Shown here: positions 12,301-23,760 of the stretch, in pieces
Layout of the letters: each line of letters begins with the position of its first letter
Numbering within the stretch: position 1 is the stretch's first letter
From: Phoronis australis
Lineage: Eukaryota; Animalia; Phoronida
Length of the DNA: 61,006 bases
NCBI GenBank assembly: GCA_002633005.1
Contig: NMRA01000424.1
Span: 202,777-263,782 of the forward strand
Direction: 5' to 3'
The notes under the pieces: generated by a model
What the model saw: the letters and a program-made list of their open reading frames with translations, nothing else
Told to the model about the DNA's origin: nothing
The model's database searches: none
Position numbers and translations under genes: made by a program

Positions 12301-15300
12301 GATGCGTGACAGTCTGAGTTATTTTCCGGGAGATTCGGGGGCCGAGGTGTCCACTTTGAGTGGGGCATTTTATTAGGTACTTTACTTTAAAAACACTTAT
12401 TATGAATACATTAAAAAGGGATTAATAAAGCAATCTCTCTTAAAAATAACGCAACAGTTTTTACGGCATTAGAAATTTTCTGAAATAACTGCCAATATAT
12501 ATTTCTAGCCGATGTGCTACCCGAAAACTAATGTCTGCGGTGACAAGTGACACTTATGTAGCACGCACTTCCTGGCCACGTGCTTTTAACAACAACTTTT
12601 TTATTCATGAGACCGTCGTCAGCTGAATGGGCACTTTGAGCACAATTCGCGGTTTTCACGTGTAGGCCCTACATAGTGTCAAAAAGTATGTCACACGTGA
12701 CCAAGTTCAGTGTACATTTTTGAAACATACATAAATACCTCCAGTGGAGATGTGAAGGCTATAGACTGGAGAAAAGACAGTGATGACAACTGATATTGAA
12801 CTCTAGAAATTAGCGTCGAGTTTGGAATTGGTATTGTGGAGAACACTGCAACCTACTGTTGAAATTTGAACATTTCCGAAACTGGAAGTTGGCATCATGT
12901 GTTGAGTCAGAAATTTGCCACTTCTTATACTTACGAATCTGTCCCCCATTGGTTAAAGCTCTTTCAGTAAAGTACATGCTGAGGCCAATTTCATAACGCT
13001 GAATTGTCGTAATGAAGCGTTATTTTCTTTGACTGGATGGAGGTTTATAGTCCCTGCAATCTTTTGTGGTTTGGACAGATTCTTTGTAATCAACACTGAG
13101 ACCGGATTCCTTAAAGCTGTGAAACCCATCCCCATTCCGAAGAAAGCTTTAGTCGTGTAATGGTCGGATATAACGTGCTCTCATTTTGAGAACCAGACAA
13201 TTTTCTTTACTGAATAACGGTCATCGTACGGGTCCTCAAAACGTGGGCACGTTATATCTGACTGTTACCATTAATGTGCACTCTTAGGTGATCTGATGGA
13301 GCTGCTGAGCACAGACAATCTACAAAGTACAACGCTTAGTCCTGATTGGCTGCCATGCCTGGAAAGAAATAAAGATAGACTTGTATCAATGGAGGCTGTC
13401 CTTCACCTTGCTCGTCTGGCGGAGAGCTTATACAGGCTGGGCCATGCAGGGTTTGCTTGTATCAACCAGGTAAGTATTAAGGGCGCGACTTTTAATGAAA
13501 TTGTAATTGAATTGCGATATGATTCTTATTTCCAATTTTCGCCGTTAGGTGTCTAGCAAAGTTACAGCTTATGTGTATGTTTGGGAGAGTATTATTGAGA
13601 TATTGAACAAATAAACAAATCTGCATTGTTTGGAATCTTATCATATTTAAAAATTTTGTTGCTAAAATTGGTATGAGTGGTAAGTAAACACTGCCATAAA
13701 AATACTTCAGTTTGGGGCACAATATGAAAAACAGGTGAAATTTCATTTCATCAAGTTTCTTATCAAAAATAACTGTCCAACAAAATTTACTTTGATTTTA
13801 GCATATGATAGTGTTTGCGGCGAAGCTATCACCAAACAATGTTTTCTAAACTTTTAAGCATTGCAAAAGTGTGGCAAGCCTTTGAAAAATAGAAATATGG
13901 CAATTTTAGCAGTGAGTTTTATCCCAAATTGAAGAATTTTTACTTTTTTGAGAAAAATCAATTAATTTGACGAACAAGAACTGAATCAAAAGTAATCAAA
14001 TTCATCTTAAAAAGGAACTGAATCAAATTAATTTCTTATCATCCCATCCCTTGTTTGCACCTTATAAAAGACTTACTGTAAGTGAGTAGTGGGGTATTCA
14101 ACATTTCCTTTCAAAACCAGGGACGTAGTCTGCAATGAATGATACATGTGTGTTCCATATTAAAGATTAACATTTTTCTTGTCAATAAGTCGATATTTGG
14201 CAATAGATCAATTCAGCGACAATTTCTTTTCATTGGGAAGTAACAGCCGCTTTAAACAATTAAAGAAAGTGAATTAACAACTCTCAGTAGGGACAGAATC
14301 GGCAATATAATTTCGTTACATTTAGTGATGACTTATGTGATGTCTAAGTGCAACACCATAAATGTTTCTAGAATGCTTTACCATGGGAACTGCAATTTTA
14401 AGGGTTCATTCATTCGGAAAAAAGATCTGGTTATACCCTGGCAATGCCGAGTTTGATGAGACAGAGCTGCGCTTTTAATTTAGCAATCAACGCTCTCTAT
14501 TGCTTACTAGAAGATACATGTTTATTACAATATCCACTGTGAGTTTCAGAGTTGACTAGTTATTTATAATAATAATAGTCTGTCCCAAACTGAAGTTGAT
14601 TTTTAATCATTAGTCAGACTGTTTCTGACTTATTTGAAGAATCGTGCAGTTTGGAAACTTTTTTATCTATTTTTTTGTTTCAGCTTCTGAGTTGGTCGTT
14701 TTCACAACTTCCTTCTGTCCTGCAAGAGGCAGTGCTCTGTCACGTGAGCGCGGAATTTAGCTTACTTCAGCGAGAAGAGGTTTCATCGTACTATTCCGAC
14801 GACGAGGGCAGATTAACTTTGGCGTTTAACAAACTGGCCAATAGTGACTCCCTTAGCCAGAAGGTACTCACCCAGAATGAATCATAAGTGGCATAAGAAA
14901 AACTGAACCATAATTTAGAGAATTGTAAAAGCGTTTTTGAGATTTCATCTTGTACATTATTTAACATCAAACAAAATTTGGTTTTGTCATTGATACCTGA
15001 TAACCTTTTTTGGTCAGATGTAGCTTTCGTTTTTGCTAAGTTTTAGTAAAAGACATGGTCACACGGTCCAATTAACAGGAAATAGACTGGTTATGAAGCC
15101 AAAAATCAAATTCTACGAGCTTTCTACTTTCAGAAAATATGTACTTTTACTGACAATCTATAGTTCTGTGGATAATTGGCTGAATACGCCAACAAGTCCT
15201 TAACAGTGACGGATTTAGAGGGGGAGCCAAGGGGGCCATGCACCCCCCTCCCAAAATTCTCCTAAATTCCATTTGGCAGTTCGGGATTGCGAATGTCTGA

Positions 15301-18300
15301 CGGGCAAAATCTTAACCAATACTCTGCCCTGCCCCCATCCCCCAACTCAAAATCCTGGATCCGCCCCTGCTTAAGGTCTCATATAACTTGAAAACGTTAA
15401 AAATCAGTGTACATTGCGTGCTTTCATATTCCACCAATTTTCAATAAGAAGTGATTTTGCAAGTTTTCTTTCAAAATTATAGTCTTAAGGCGTTAGTAGA
15501 TACATGGGTCTCTGGTTTTTCAGGTCTTATCTGAAATCTCATCCTTGGCCATCTGGTCACCACGTGAGGTCTTGAGAAAGGCTATAGAAAGCAGTACCAG
15601 GAACACGGGTCAAGCAGGGGTCATCGTCAAGGTATTGTTAACTGAGATATTGATAACTGTGCCAGGAATCTGTAAAACTAAACCCCAGAGTTATGTACTT
15701 TGAAAAGAATGGTAGTTTAAGCTTGAAATGTATTGATATGTTGTTACAGTTATGTAAAAATTTTCCAATTTGCGACTGTGAAAATTAAAATTATTTTGCT
15801 TAAGCTTGGAGCTTGTCCCAAATTCTAGAAATAGGCAATATCGACCATCTCAAATTCAAGTATTACTGGAAAGACAGTAAAATTACCCACCCTGTTGATT
15901 GGAACTGCATTGTCCAAAATTTGAGAAATATGTCGAAGGTTGAAATCGCCCTTTTTACCAAATTCCAGAATAAGAGCATTCATTTTTGCGAAGTTTCCTG
16001 TGTCTCAAACTCTAGAGACTGTCCCAAATTGGAGAATTGTCTTTTTATGATTTGTTGTGGTTAAGTGCATTTTCAATGTATTCTCACGATTTGTTATCTT
16101 TAGATTTAATAGTGCTTGTGCTGTGTGTCATCTGTTCTTTTTATCGAAAGGGGAGCCAAACAGTGTCGCACAGCCAGAGATGGCCAAACTTCATTTGATT
16201 TGAAAATTGACTTATCACATCAAATAAAATTTAAAGTTTATGCGAAGCATGCCATGCAATAGGTCACTTTTCAAGTCGAGACTTAAGTGTAGTATGTTTT
16301 AGACTTTCGTACTGTGCCTTGACTTACAGTAACTCACCTATTATTTGGCCAGAGTATCTCTGAGCCTGTCTGTTGCCAAGCTTTGTGTACTGAATTGCAT
16401 TATATTTTTTGTTTCTACCTTAGTTTTCTCTTTGCAACGGTTTATGCAATGTGTATCACAGCACGTGGAAATCACTGTACGTATTTAAAGAGGCACTCCT
16501 TTTCACTGTTTCAACACAAAATAGAAGAAATGTGCCGAATTCTCTGAAGTTAAAGCTGCATTTCATCATTTTAGCTGGCTAAAATCAAATTTGATTACTA
16601 GACCTTATACTGGGACAGTCCTAAACTCAGTCTCGTGATACTCCTCATTGTGGCAGGATTCAATTTCTGTTACCTGCTCAAGTCAAAGACATTGCGTGCA
16701 TGTGCCATTTTCAAATTCACAGTTTTAAGGGTTGGCCAATCCCTGAACTCTGAACACTGAAGTGTTTTATTGAGTAACTCATGGTTTCAGTGTTCTTGCT
16801 GATAACAGAAGTAGAATTTTATCGTAAGGAATGTTATAGGACCAATTTTATGAGAGGAAAAGGTCTATTCAATTTTTGTTTTTTAGCAGCCTGAAACATT
16901 TCCTTTCTGCATGTGTTTCACCATTCAGTTATAACTGAGTCTTTAAGACTGGCTTTTTAGGTAAGTAGCCTAGTTTGATTTCATTTTTCCGAACACTGAA
17001 CCAGGAGCAAATGCATATTTAAACTTGTGCTACAATTTCAGCTCCTGCAAGAGTTCCCGTCCATATGCTCTGCACAGGAAGTTGATGGTACCACCTTGAT
17101 GTGCAGCTCTGTTAAGTCTTCGCTGGGCATGGCATTAGAAAATTCGACCAATCAGAAGAACTTTGTCAGTTTCATTACGGACTTGCTGAAGGTAGTTGAC
17201 GTTGATTCTTTTCCGTATGACACTGCAGGATTTTGTCATCTTCATAATTTTATAAATCACGTTGCATTTATATGTTGCCTATCACGAATTTTCATAAGGG
17301 CTGTTCCAGCAAAATCTGTGTGGGAGGGGGGGGAAGGCAACTGAAATAAAAATTTATGGGTGTTTGCGTTTGATTTAAATTCAAAATGGCTGGTGGTCGT
17401 ACTTCACAAAAATAAAAATTTACAGGTCGTTGTTGTTTCATTGGGCCATAAATGTTTGATGGTGGGTAATTTTAGTAAATTTTATAAACAATCCGCACAG
17501 AATCAATAACTGAAACAAAAATACAACTTGCAAAAAGCTCTCGACTTTTTCACTCCCTCCGATCTCCTCATCGGCATGCCCATAACACCATTTAACCACA
17601 GGTGCTCGAATTTCTCGTTGGCTAATAACCATATATAAGAAACATATGTTTTCTTAGTAATGAATGATGTTAGTGGTGATGGAGAAACAAATAAACTCAG
17701 CGCCTGTGCAGTCGACCACAAGAACAAAAAAAATTATGGGTTGTTGCATTTCAAACTTATAAAAAATTACGGGTGGTAGGCTGAAGAAATAAGTGAAAAA
17801 TATGGGTGGTGGGTGCGAAAAAAAGGTGCCTTCCCCCCCTCTCCCATACAGATTTTACTGGAACAGCCCTAATATGCCCTTGGGCAATTTCACTGAAATT
17901 TGGGGAAATTAAAGGTAGGTACAAGCCACAAAATACAAAGAAGGTCGATGTGGACCTGTCCATTTTTTCATTAGGCCATCAGTCAATACCGACCTGACGG
18001 TTTCTCATTCGGCCATCAGTCGATACAGACCTGTCAATTTTTTCATTAGGCCATCAGTCGATACGGACCAGTCCATTTTTTATGGGCCCACATATTTATA
18101 TGTAGTGGCATATTTCTGTCATGTGTGGTGTCCACTGCTGTATCTCCTAAACCCTTCACAGTATCTTGATGAGATTTGGCAGATGTTCACCTATGAAGGT
18201 GACGACAGATGACAACAAATTTCGAACTTCTCCGACAACCGGTGTGCCCCCTAGTGGCAATTTTTTACGCTTACCTCTGTATCTCCATAGGTCCTACATG

Positions 18301-20095
18301 GTTTTTTATAAAATTTTGCATTTATGCGTATGTTAGTGAGATGATGCCATCCTCCCGTTTTCGGACGGATTCGAGGTACTTTGCGCCACCTAGTGGCCAT
18401 TTTTACTGTTTTCGAGTCTACTTTTTGGCGTCGGCCCTTCTGTCAACCAAACTGATCTAGGGAGGATTTTGAAAATTGGTATATATTTTCTTACTGTGAA
18501 GAGAGTGGCTGATGATGATTGCCAAAGACTTCGACTGTTGTGGTGCCTCCTAGTGGCAGTTTTGTTTGTTTTTGCATCCATGGCTATATCTCCTTAATGC
18601 TCTACAGGATCTTTATTGAATTTTGCTGGTGTATTTGTATGAAGTTGACAACAGAGGATGACGACTTTCAGACAGATCAGATTACAGGTGTGCCCCCTAG
18701 TGGCAATTTTAGTTTTTTACGTTTGCCACTGCATCTTCAAAGGTCGTCAACGGATTTTCATAGAATTAGGCAAACAGGCATCTATAAGTGAGGTGACGCT
18801 ATCAACCGGTTTTCAGTTGAATTCGAGGTATTTTGCACCACCTAGTGCCTATTTTTGCTGTTTACTGTTACTGACATCTGTCCCTCTGTAAACTAAAGCA
18901 TCCTAAGGATGATTGTGGAAATTGGCATGTATGCTCCTTATGTGAAGGGAAGGGCTGACGATGATTTTCCAACTACCTCGACAACTGTGGCGCCTCTCCT
19001 TAACCGTCTACAGGATCTTTATTAAAGTTGGCAAGTGTATTTATATGAACTTGACAACAAACGACTACTTTCGGATGGATCGAACTACAGGTGTGCCCCC
19101 TAGTGGCAATTTTATTATTTAAATTTTACGTCTATCTTCAAAGTCCTCATTGGATTTTCATAAAATTTGGCAGATAGGCATCTATTAGTGAGCTGACGCT
19201 ATCCTCCGGTTTTTGGTTCGATTCTTGGTATTTTGCGCCACCTAGTGGCCATTTTTACTGTTTTCAAGTCTTTGGCATCTGCCCCTCTGTCAATCAAACC
19301 ACTCTAAGGATGGTTGTGGAAATTCGCATGTACGTTCCTAATGTGAAGAAGAAGTCTGACGATGATATTTCGACTTCATTTACTGTGGTGCCTCTTAGTG
19401 GCAGTTATGTTTTTTTTGCGCCTGTAGCCTCCTCGTGGCAATTTCACTTTTTTCCTTTTCTTTGGTTTCTCAGAATTTCCTTGACGGATTTTTAAATTGG
19501 TAAATATCTTTCATGACACATACCAGTTTTTGGATGGATTTGAAGTTTTTGCGTCATCTAGTGGCCATTTCTATGTTCCAAATAAACACCCCTAGAGGCA
19601 CACCATTTGTGGTGCATTCATGGGCGCCTTTCAACGTTACGCGTTGCTTTTGTTCATGAAATTCGTCTGCTGCGCTAAGTACCCAGGTCAAGGTTCACCT
19701 CTGAGTGTAGTTTTTCTTTGCTGTGTTACAGCCATTTGAAAACACTGCCAGTGGCCCCTTCACAGAACCACCCCTTCTGGAGCCTCGGCAGCTTTTGAAC
19801 TCGGTGATTCTACCCAATTTGAACAGGGAACTGGTTGATGTCCAGATGACAAATCTCATCATCAAGTTGCTCATTTCTGCCTTGGAGTCGATGTCTGGTG
19901 ACCTTGAACTTTTGAACCGAGATTTTTGGGAAGATCATCTGCCGCCCATGGTTGTCTGCTTGGGTCATGTGATTAACAGCTGTCAATTACAGTTGATTGA
20001 CATTTTTGATCATCGGTATCTGGAGGTGAAGGAACGCAGCATATCTGCTATGGCGTTGATGAAAGATCTGTCAAAAAAGCTGCCACCTATTCATG
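3309..20095 (+). CDS. GEMIN4: Gem-associated protein 4 (SMN complex), spliced and 3'-incomplete: join(3309-3369,4239-4288,7244-7360,8828-9004,10354-11281,13288-13469,14684-14863,15524-15631,17042-17191,19732-20095)
   Basis: All ten exons have GT-AG boundaries with matching phases and give a stop-free frame of about 772 aa. Colinear similarity to human GEMIN4 as recalled: SPDWLPCLERNKDRL ~ SDEWVACLGSNRALF; LTLAFNKLANS ~ LNTTFNQLTQS; LAIWSPREVLRK ~ LVIVHPEVTVKK; LLQEFPSI ~ ILTAFPAL; LLEPRQLLNSVILPNL ~ LLEPDEVLKEFVLPFL. Confidence 0.85.
4239..4288 (+). CDS. GEMIN4: GEMIN4 exon 2 (EILSNCCSLALFKQQSL)
   Basis: Strong acceptor attttcag|; donor tta|gtaact; phase 1 to 0. Position fits the N-terminal ILHGGFLLA segment of GEMIN4. 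Confidence 0.6.
4490..4577. mobile_element. 88-bp MITE with 5-bp TSD
   Basis: Ends CATGGG...CCCATG; TAGTA duplicated at 4485-4489 and 4578-4582. Confidence 0.7.
4588..4750 (+). mobile_element. ~165-bp CAG...CTG-ended MITE family (hAT-like), copy 1
   Basis: CAGGGGCAGATCTAGGATTTT terminus and the gatatttgcaccc..caactgccaaatg core shared with copies at 15204 and 30969; TSD eroded. Confidence 0.7.
5935..6320. mobile_element. MITE-like element with nested inverted repeats
   Basis: tagtctctgctgg... / ...ccagctagagac ends; 6010-6046 is inverted relative to 6258-6295; the internal 6031-6240 segment recurs at 6893-7112. Confidence 0.55.
6341..6872. mobile_element. Inverted-LTR element: two ~140-bp tRNA-containing TG...CA LTRs, each with a PBS (Helenus/TRIM-like derivative)
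   Basis: Arms 6341-6480 and 6734-6872 are inverted copies with about 21 differences in 140 nt by hand alignment. Each ends ACGACA + 2 nt + TGGCGT.GT.GGCA. GCAG is duplicated at 6337-6340 and 6873-6876. Confidence 0.8.
7244..7360 (+). CDS. GEMIN4: GEMIN4 exon 3 (DEATD...DFWKFK)
   Basis: ttctag| ... aag|gtacgt, 117 nt, open frame; VSEAVYEI...FWKFK ~ IVEALREI...FAWKKK. Confidence 0.8.
8828..9004 (+). CDS. GEMIN4: GEMIN4 exon 4 (LTTILTLKIV...WAEVAM)
   Basis: tatttag| ... atg|gtaaga, 177 nt, open frame, phase 0-0. Confidence 0.8.
9788..9885. mobile_element. ~100-bp palindromic MITE, copy 1
   Basis: agtcagatgta..gtgcccacattttgaacc / ggttctcaaaatgcgggc..tatatccgact; homologous to copies at 13161 and 25189. 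Confidence 0.7.
10354..11281 (+). CDS. GEMIN4: GEMIN4 exon 5 (large exon within the 356-aa ORF)
   Basis: ttttcag|gca ... gat g|gtaatt; longest ORF in the window. Confidence 0.88.
13161..13264. mobile_element. ~100-bp palindromic MITE, copy 2
   Basis: gtcggatataacgtgc... / ...gcacgttatatctgac; ends about 23 nt upstream of the exon 6 acceptor. Confidence 0.7.
13288..13469 (+). CDS. GEMIN4: GEMIN4 exon 6
   Basis: ctcttag|gt ... cag|gtaagt; contains SPDWLPCLERNK. Confidence 0.88.
14684..14863 (+). CDS. GEMIN4: GEMIN4 exon 7
   Basis: gtttcag| ... aag|gtactc, 180 nt. Confidence 0.85.
15204..15369 (-). mobile_element. ~165-bp MITE family, copy 2, 5-bp TSD
   Basis: CAGTGACGGATTTAG...GGATCCGCCCCTG flanked by CTTAA on both sides. 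Confidence 0.8.
15524..15631 (+). CDS. GEMIN4: GEMIN4 exon 8 (VLSEISSLAIWSPREVLRK...)
   Basis: ttttcag| ... aag|gtattg, 108 nt; too short for the supplied ORF track. Confidence 0.85.
17042..17191 (+). CDS. GEMIN4: GEMIN4 exon 9
   Basis: atttcag| ... aag|gtagtt, 150 nt. Confidence 0.85.
17298..17869. mobile_element. PIF/Harbinger-type (Tourist-like) MITE
   Basis: ~45-bp TIR GGGCTGTTCCAG.AAAATCTGT.TGGGAG...GAAGGCA; TAA on both flanks. Confidence 0.85.
17944..18080. repeat. ~38-bp minisatellite, about 3.5 copies
   Basis: Unit gtcgatacggacctgtccattttttcattaggccatca at ~17944, 17981, 18018 and 18057. Confidence 0.85.
18080..19655 (+). repeat. Tandem array of ~145-bp CCTAGTGGC units in a ~400-445-bp higher-order period, probably inside a non-autonomous Helentron/HINE-like element
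   Basis: cc(c)tagtggc recurs about every 145 nt; ggtgtgccccctagtggcaatttt at ~18241, 18687 and 19090; T-rich ends. The element class is inferred. Confidence 0.75.
19732..20095 (+). CDS. GEMIN4: GEMIN4 exon 10 (last visible exon)
   Basis: gttacag| ... cat g|gtaag; contains LLEPRQLLNSVILP. Confidence 0.88.
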
Positions 20096-20199
20096 GTAAG
20101 GCTTCAGTTTTAGTTAGTCTTTGAAAGCAGTCAAAAATTTAAGTAAGAATTATTAGTCTTCTTACATGCCATATTTTGGTCACTCCTCGTGACCTATAT

Positions 20200-20261
20200 A
20201 TAGAAATGGTCTCTGTCCTGACCGTGGCCTGAACTCGGGACTTTCTGCTTACAGTGCAGAC
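20200..20261 (-). mobile_element. tRNA-derived SINE head fragment cut by the N
   Basis: Minus strand reads gtctgcactgtaagcagaaagtcccgagttcaggccacgg (anticodon arm plus B-box-like); the A-box is missing beyond the N. Confidence 0.5.
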
Positions 20262-20262
20262 N
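20262..20262. other. Single N: probable contig join or gap
   Basis: Only ambiguous base in the window; both the SINE and GEMIN4 are discontinuous across it. Confidence 0.75.
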
Positions 20263-21420
20263 ACTCTTTCTGTAGTAAGCTCAACAACAGTGGCTAACTT
20301 CTTTGGTAAACGCTTACAATTTCCGCATAGACCTGCAATAGAATTTTATGGAAAGTAGGCATAACAGAACTCCCAATAGAATGCTGTATTTTGAATCCCC
20401 AAATGTTTTCCCTAGTCTTATTCTTGAGGTTGAACGTTTCAGGTATTAGGGACCTTAACGGTGTTAAAACTTTAGTCATGTTAATCAAATTAGACCCCAT
20501 TGTAATGGGGTTCCACTGCATATTTGGAAAAATATGTATCTCTGGTTATACAGATAGAGCAATGTGACCAATCAGAAGTGACTACAGGTGAATTAGATGA
20601 GAAATTAATGTCAGCTAGGAGACAAGGGCTCGATTAAATCTATTGATAATGGACACCAAATTTCCACTTCTTACACATGTGGAATCATAAAATGGAATGT
20701 ATTTCGACAAACCCTAAATACTGGAAGGAGTTACTAAAATTACTCTAGTATTCGAGTGTCGCTTTAGGGTTGTGCCCTTCATGGCGACTGCAGACAGAAT
20801 CTAGTTGAGAAAGCAAATATAATAATGTTGTTATCAACAGGTAGAGTATTGATGACCTGCAGCTGCATAACAACTTACCTGACCCAACTGGAATCGATAC
20901 ATTCTGTTCTTCCAGAAATTCTTTGTTGACTGTACTTCCACTTACACTCCTAACTCAAGCTTGGCCTTGGGCTTAGCCTTAGAGCCTTTCTGATGTTGAA
21001 GGTGGGCACATATCTTACTTTTACTTGGCCTCCATCTGATTCCATGCTGAGATCGACGATTTCCACAAACTGGGGGGTGGAGGGAGCAAACTGTTGTAAA
21101 CAATCCCACTCTGACCCTGGCAAGAATCAGCTGCCACTTAGTTTCACCAGTTTCAGTTTCAGTACTGTCACTGAACAGGACTGGGTCGGTGACTTTATCA
21201 TATTTCAGATGGCTTGCTGTGGACTTGCTGCAATCAGTTAGTGCTTCAATTGCTTGCTGCATGGTTTCGATATTCCTTTGACGCTCCATAAACCCGATTT
21301 GAAGGATTATGCCAACGAACACACTATATTAACTACTTCCACCACCTCATCAGCCATTTTGTCTTCAGTGATATCAGTGACACCTGAAGGGCTCTTCATC
21401 AAAATGGTAATTGACATTGA
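20263..21420 (-). mobile_element. Degraded LINE (L1/Tx1-like) fragments
   Basis: Endonuclease-like remnant (RFNRALVS...SPVVTSD), ORF2 C-terminal-like NKTRENIWGFKIQHSI...PT, and an ORF1-like stretch at 20942-21322; many stops. Confidence 0.4.
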
Positions 21421-22444
21421 AAAAAAACAAAACAAAAAATACTAATTTTATCGAATTTTACTTGCTAAGAAATAATCCCAATAATTTAACAACCATTTGA
21501 GCACTTGTTAATCTCAAAAGTCAACATTTTCGATGACTAGTAGCTATTGTCACAAGTGCTCACTTTGGCTGAGGTGGCTGCGAACAATTGCTCATTACTA
21601 TATGAAGGCATGTGTTCGCCGTGGTTTCGATGCCAAATATCTATTCTACTAAGATAGATCAAACCCACAATTAAGTTTCAAAGTGTAAAATGTGGCTTCA
21701 GCTGAGATTGACTCATTCAAACCTGGGCAAGTTATCCATGTTTTCTGCTTGTATGACCCCATGACCCTTCAAACCCGAAATGTGGAATTTAAGGTGCAAC
21801 TTGACACTTTTATTTTTCATTTTTATGAAGACAATGGATGACTTTATACAAAACAGTAGCTATTTCATTTTCTAGTAGCTTCTGTAATTACTTACAATGT
21901 CACGAAAACTGTGATTATTGGGGTAAGTTCTGATAGTGGTTTTCAGCGAAAACCGAGGTACCCGACTTTTAAGCTACCTATCGCGATAGAATCTGTTTAA
22001 AGTGCATTTTAGTAATTACCATAAGAAAGTAAACAAAAATGCATAATATGATCCAAATCCGTCACATAGGGTTTATCACCCCTGTATGGATTTTTGCCTG
22101 GTCTGAAGTGTACTGCACTCTTAAGTGTTTTTTCGAAGCACATTTATTTTTGAAAAGCTCATTTCAAAATTGACAGATACGATTGACACGAAAGAGGTAA
22201 TGAACTATTGAGTTCAAAGTCTTATTTGAACTGCTGATACGAAAAAATAAACACTTGAATTACATTGTTTTTAGGCCCTTTAATTCACATCTGTAGAGTT
22301 AGAGGGAACTCATTTTGTAGTTGTTCATACACGGCAATTTGATTTTAGAAATTTTAAATCCAAATTTGAGGTATTGTTCTAAATAGTCATTTTGGCTACT
22401 ACACTATACTTGCCATCTTGTGTAACCATACCACAGCTGAGTGT

Positions 22445-22600
22445 AGAACTTATAGCGGTAAACAAAAAACAATTGTGGATCAACTGAAATTTTCGGATAT
22501 AATAACATCCTTTGTCAACAGAAACCGAAATAAAGTGAAATCAAACACTATATGGCAATTGCCATCTTACATGTATATATGGCGTAATGAGCATGGTACA
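22445..22600 (+). repeat. Dispersed repeat, also at ~53440-53575
   Basis: tggatcaactgaaatttt.gg.tataataacatcctt..tcaacagaaa shared between the two sites. Confidence 0.75.
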
Positions 22601-22829
22601 TTGTTGCGGAAGAAAGTAAAGGATATAATTTAAAAATGTTCAACCCATTAGATTTAAGTGTGTTAAGGGCTTCTATCCATAATTGTTATCTTTTGAGTCT
22701 GTGAGGGGTACTGGAGTATAGGAGTTTATCTATTATTATTTGTGCAGGAATATCTTGACGTTGTTGTTTTTGGAATTGAAATAAATATCTATTATTTCCG
22801 AAATTAGTGTATGCATTATGTTAAGTCAA

Positions 22830-23410
22830 TGACTGCGAATCCGAGTTTTAGATTATGTTGAGCTTGTCTTACGTATTAGCTCGAACGGTTTCTTCACGTT
22901 ATTAGGCAAATATTATTGTTGGTGGTGCAGTCAGAATAATGTTCTTTTTCGCAATTTTAATTGGTTTAAAACACTGGACCATTATCGTTCATAAAATTAC
23001 ACAATTTGCATCCACATTTGTTACATTGTGTGTTGCCTATAGGTATGTCAATTTGGTTTTTGTTGTCGATGTTTGCTCTAACTAAATAATTTTTAGACCT
23101 TTACATTTTCTCCAAGAAATTATAGGTGGATGAGGAAATAAAAGCCAGTTCCACATTTCTTAGTCAGCGTAATAATCCTGGTGTACCTACATCTTTTATC
23201 CCCTCTATTCTTGTTAAACGCAAAATGTGTAACTTTACCAACGGCTATACTTTCTTCCAGTCTTCTCAAACCAATGAAACTTCGAAATGAAACACTCATT
23301 ATTCTGACTACACCAACAACAATTTCATTTACATAATAACATGTAGACAATGTTAAGTCCAATACGTAAGACAATTTCAAAACAATCTACAAACTCGGTT
23401 TTGCAGTCAC
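22830..23410. mobile_element. Fold-back element with ~200-bp diverged inverted arms
   Basis: tgactgcgaatccgagttttagatt...ttgtcttacgtatt...agtcagaataatg is mirrored at ~23215-23410. Confidence 0.7.
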
Positions 23411-23489
23411 TTCTGTTGACAAAAGATGTTATTATAGTTCAGTCAATCCATTATTGTTGTTTCATTTACCTATATATATATTTTACAAT

Positions 23490-23760
23490 TCGGTTATACA
23501 GAATTTGTTAAATGTACGACACTTTCATTGTTCATAGTCTTTATTCCGTTGAGTTCATACTTACGGAACAAAACTCTACTCTCAACTGAACATAGATACA
23601 GTAACCGACCTAGCGACATAATCAAAAGACACACGTTTTTTCGAAACATACTTGTTTCATTCTCAAGTGAAGATAAAATGACGCAGTAATGCCACCACAA
23701 AGTTTAAGCAGACGATACACACAGTGAGACACGGCGGGTGTGATATACTGCAAAGAATGA
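23490..23760 (+). repeat. Dispersed repeat, also at ~45850-46110
   Basis: aaacatacttgtttcattctcaagtg.a.ataaaatgacgcagtaat.ccaccaca is near-identical in both. This explains the paralogous-looking ORFs 23494-23700 and 45772-46072. Confidence 0.85.

Noticed and set aside
17944-18080. CRISPR-like array
   Set aside because: Contiguous ~38-bp tandem units without unique spacers, no cas genes, eukaryotic context.
18209-19495. Family of paralogous short ORFs (PPSG/CPLVAI motifs)
   Set aside because: Artefacts of the tandem repeat; frames are not conserved between units.
20841-20929. GEMIN4 terminal exon (phase-compatible GRVLMTCSC...*)
   Set aside because: No similarity to the GEMIN4 C-terminus, lies past the N, and overlaps an antisense LINE remnant.
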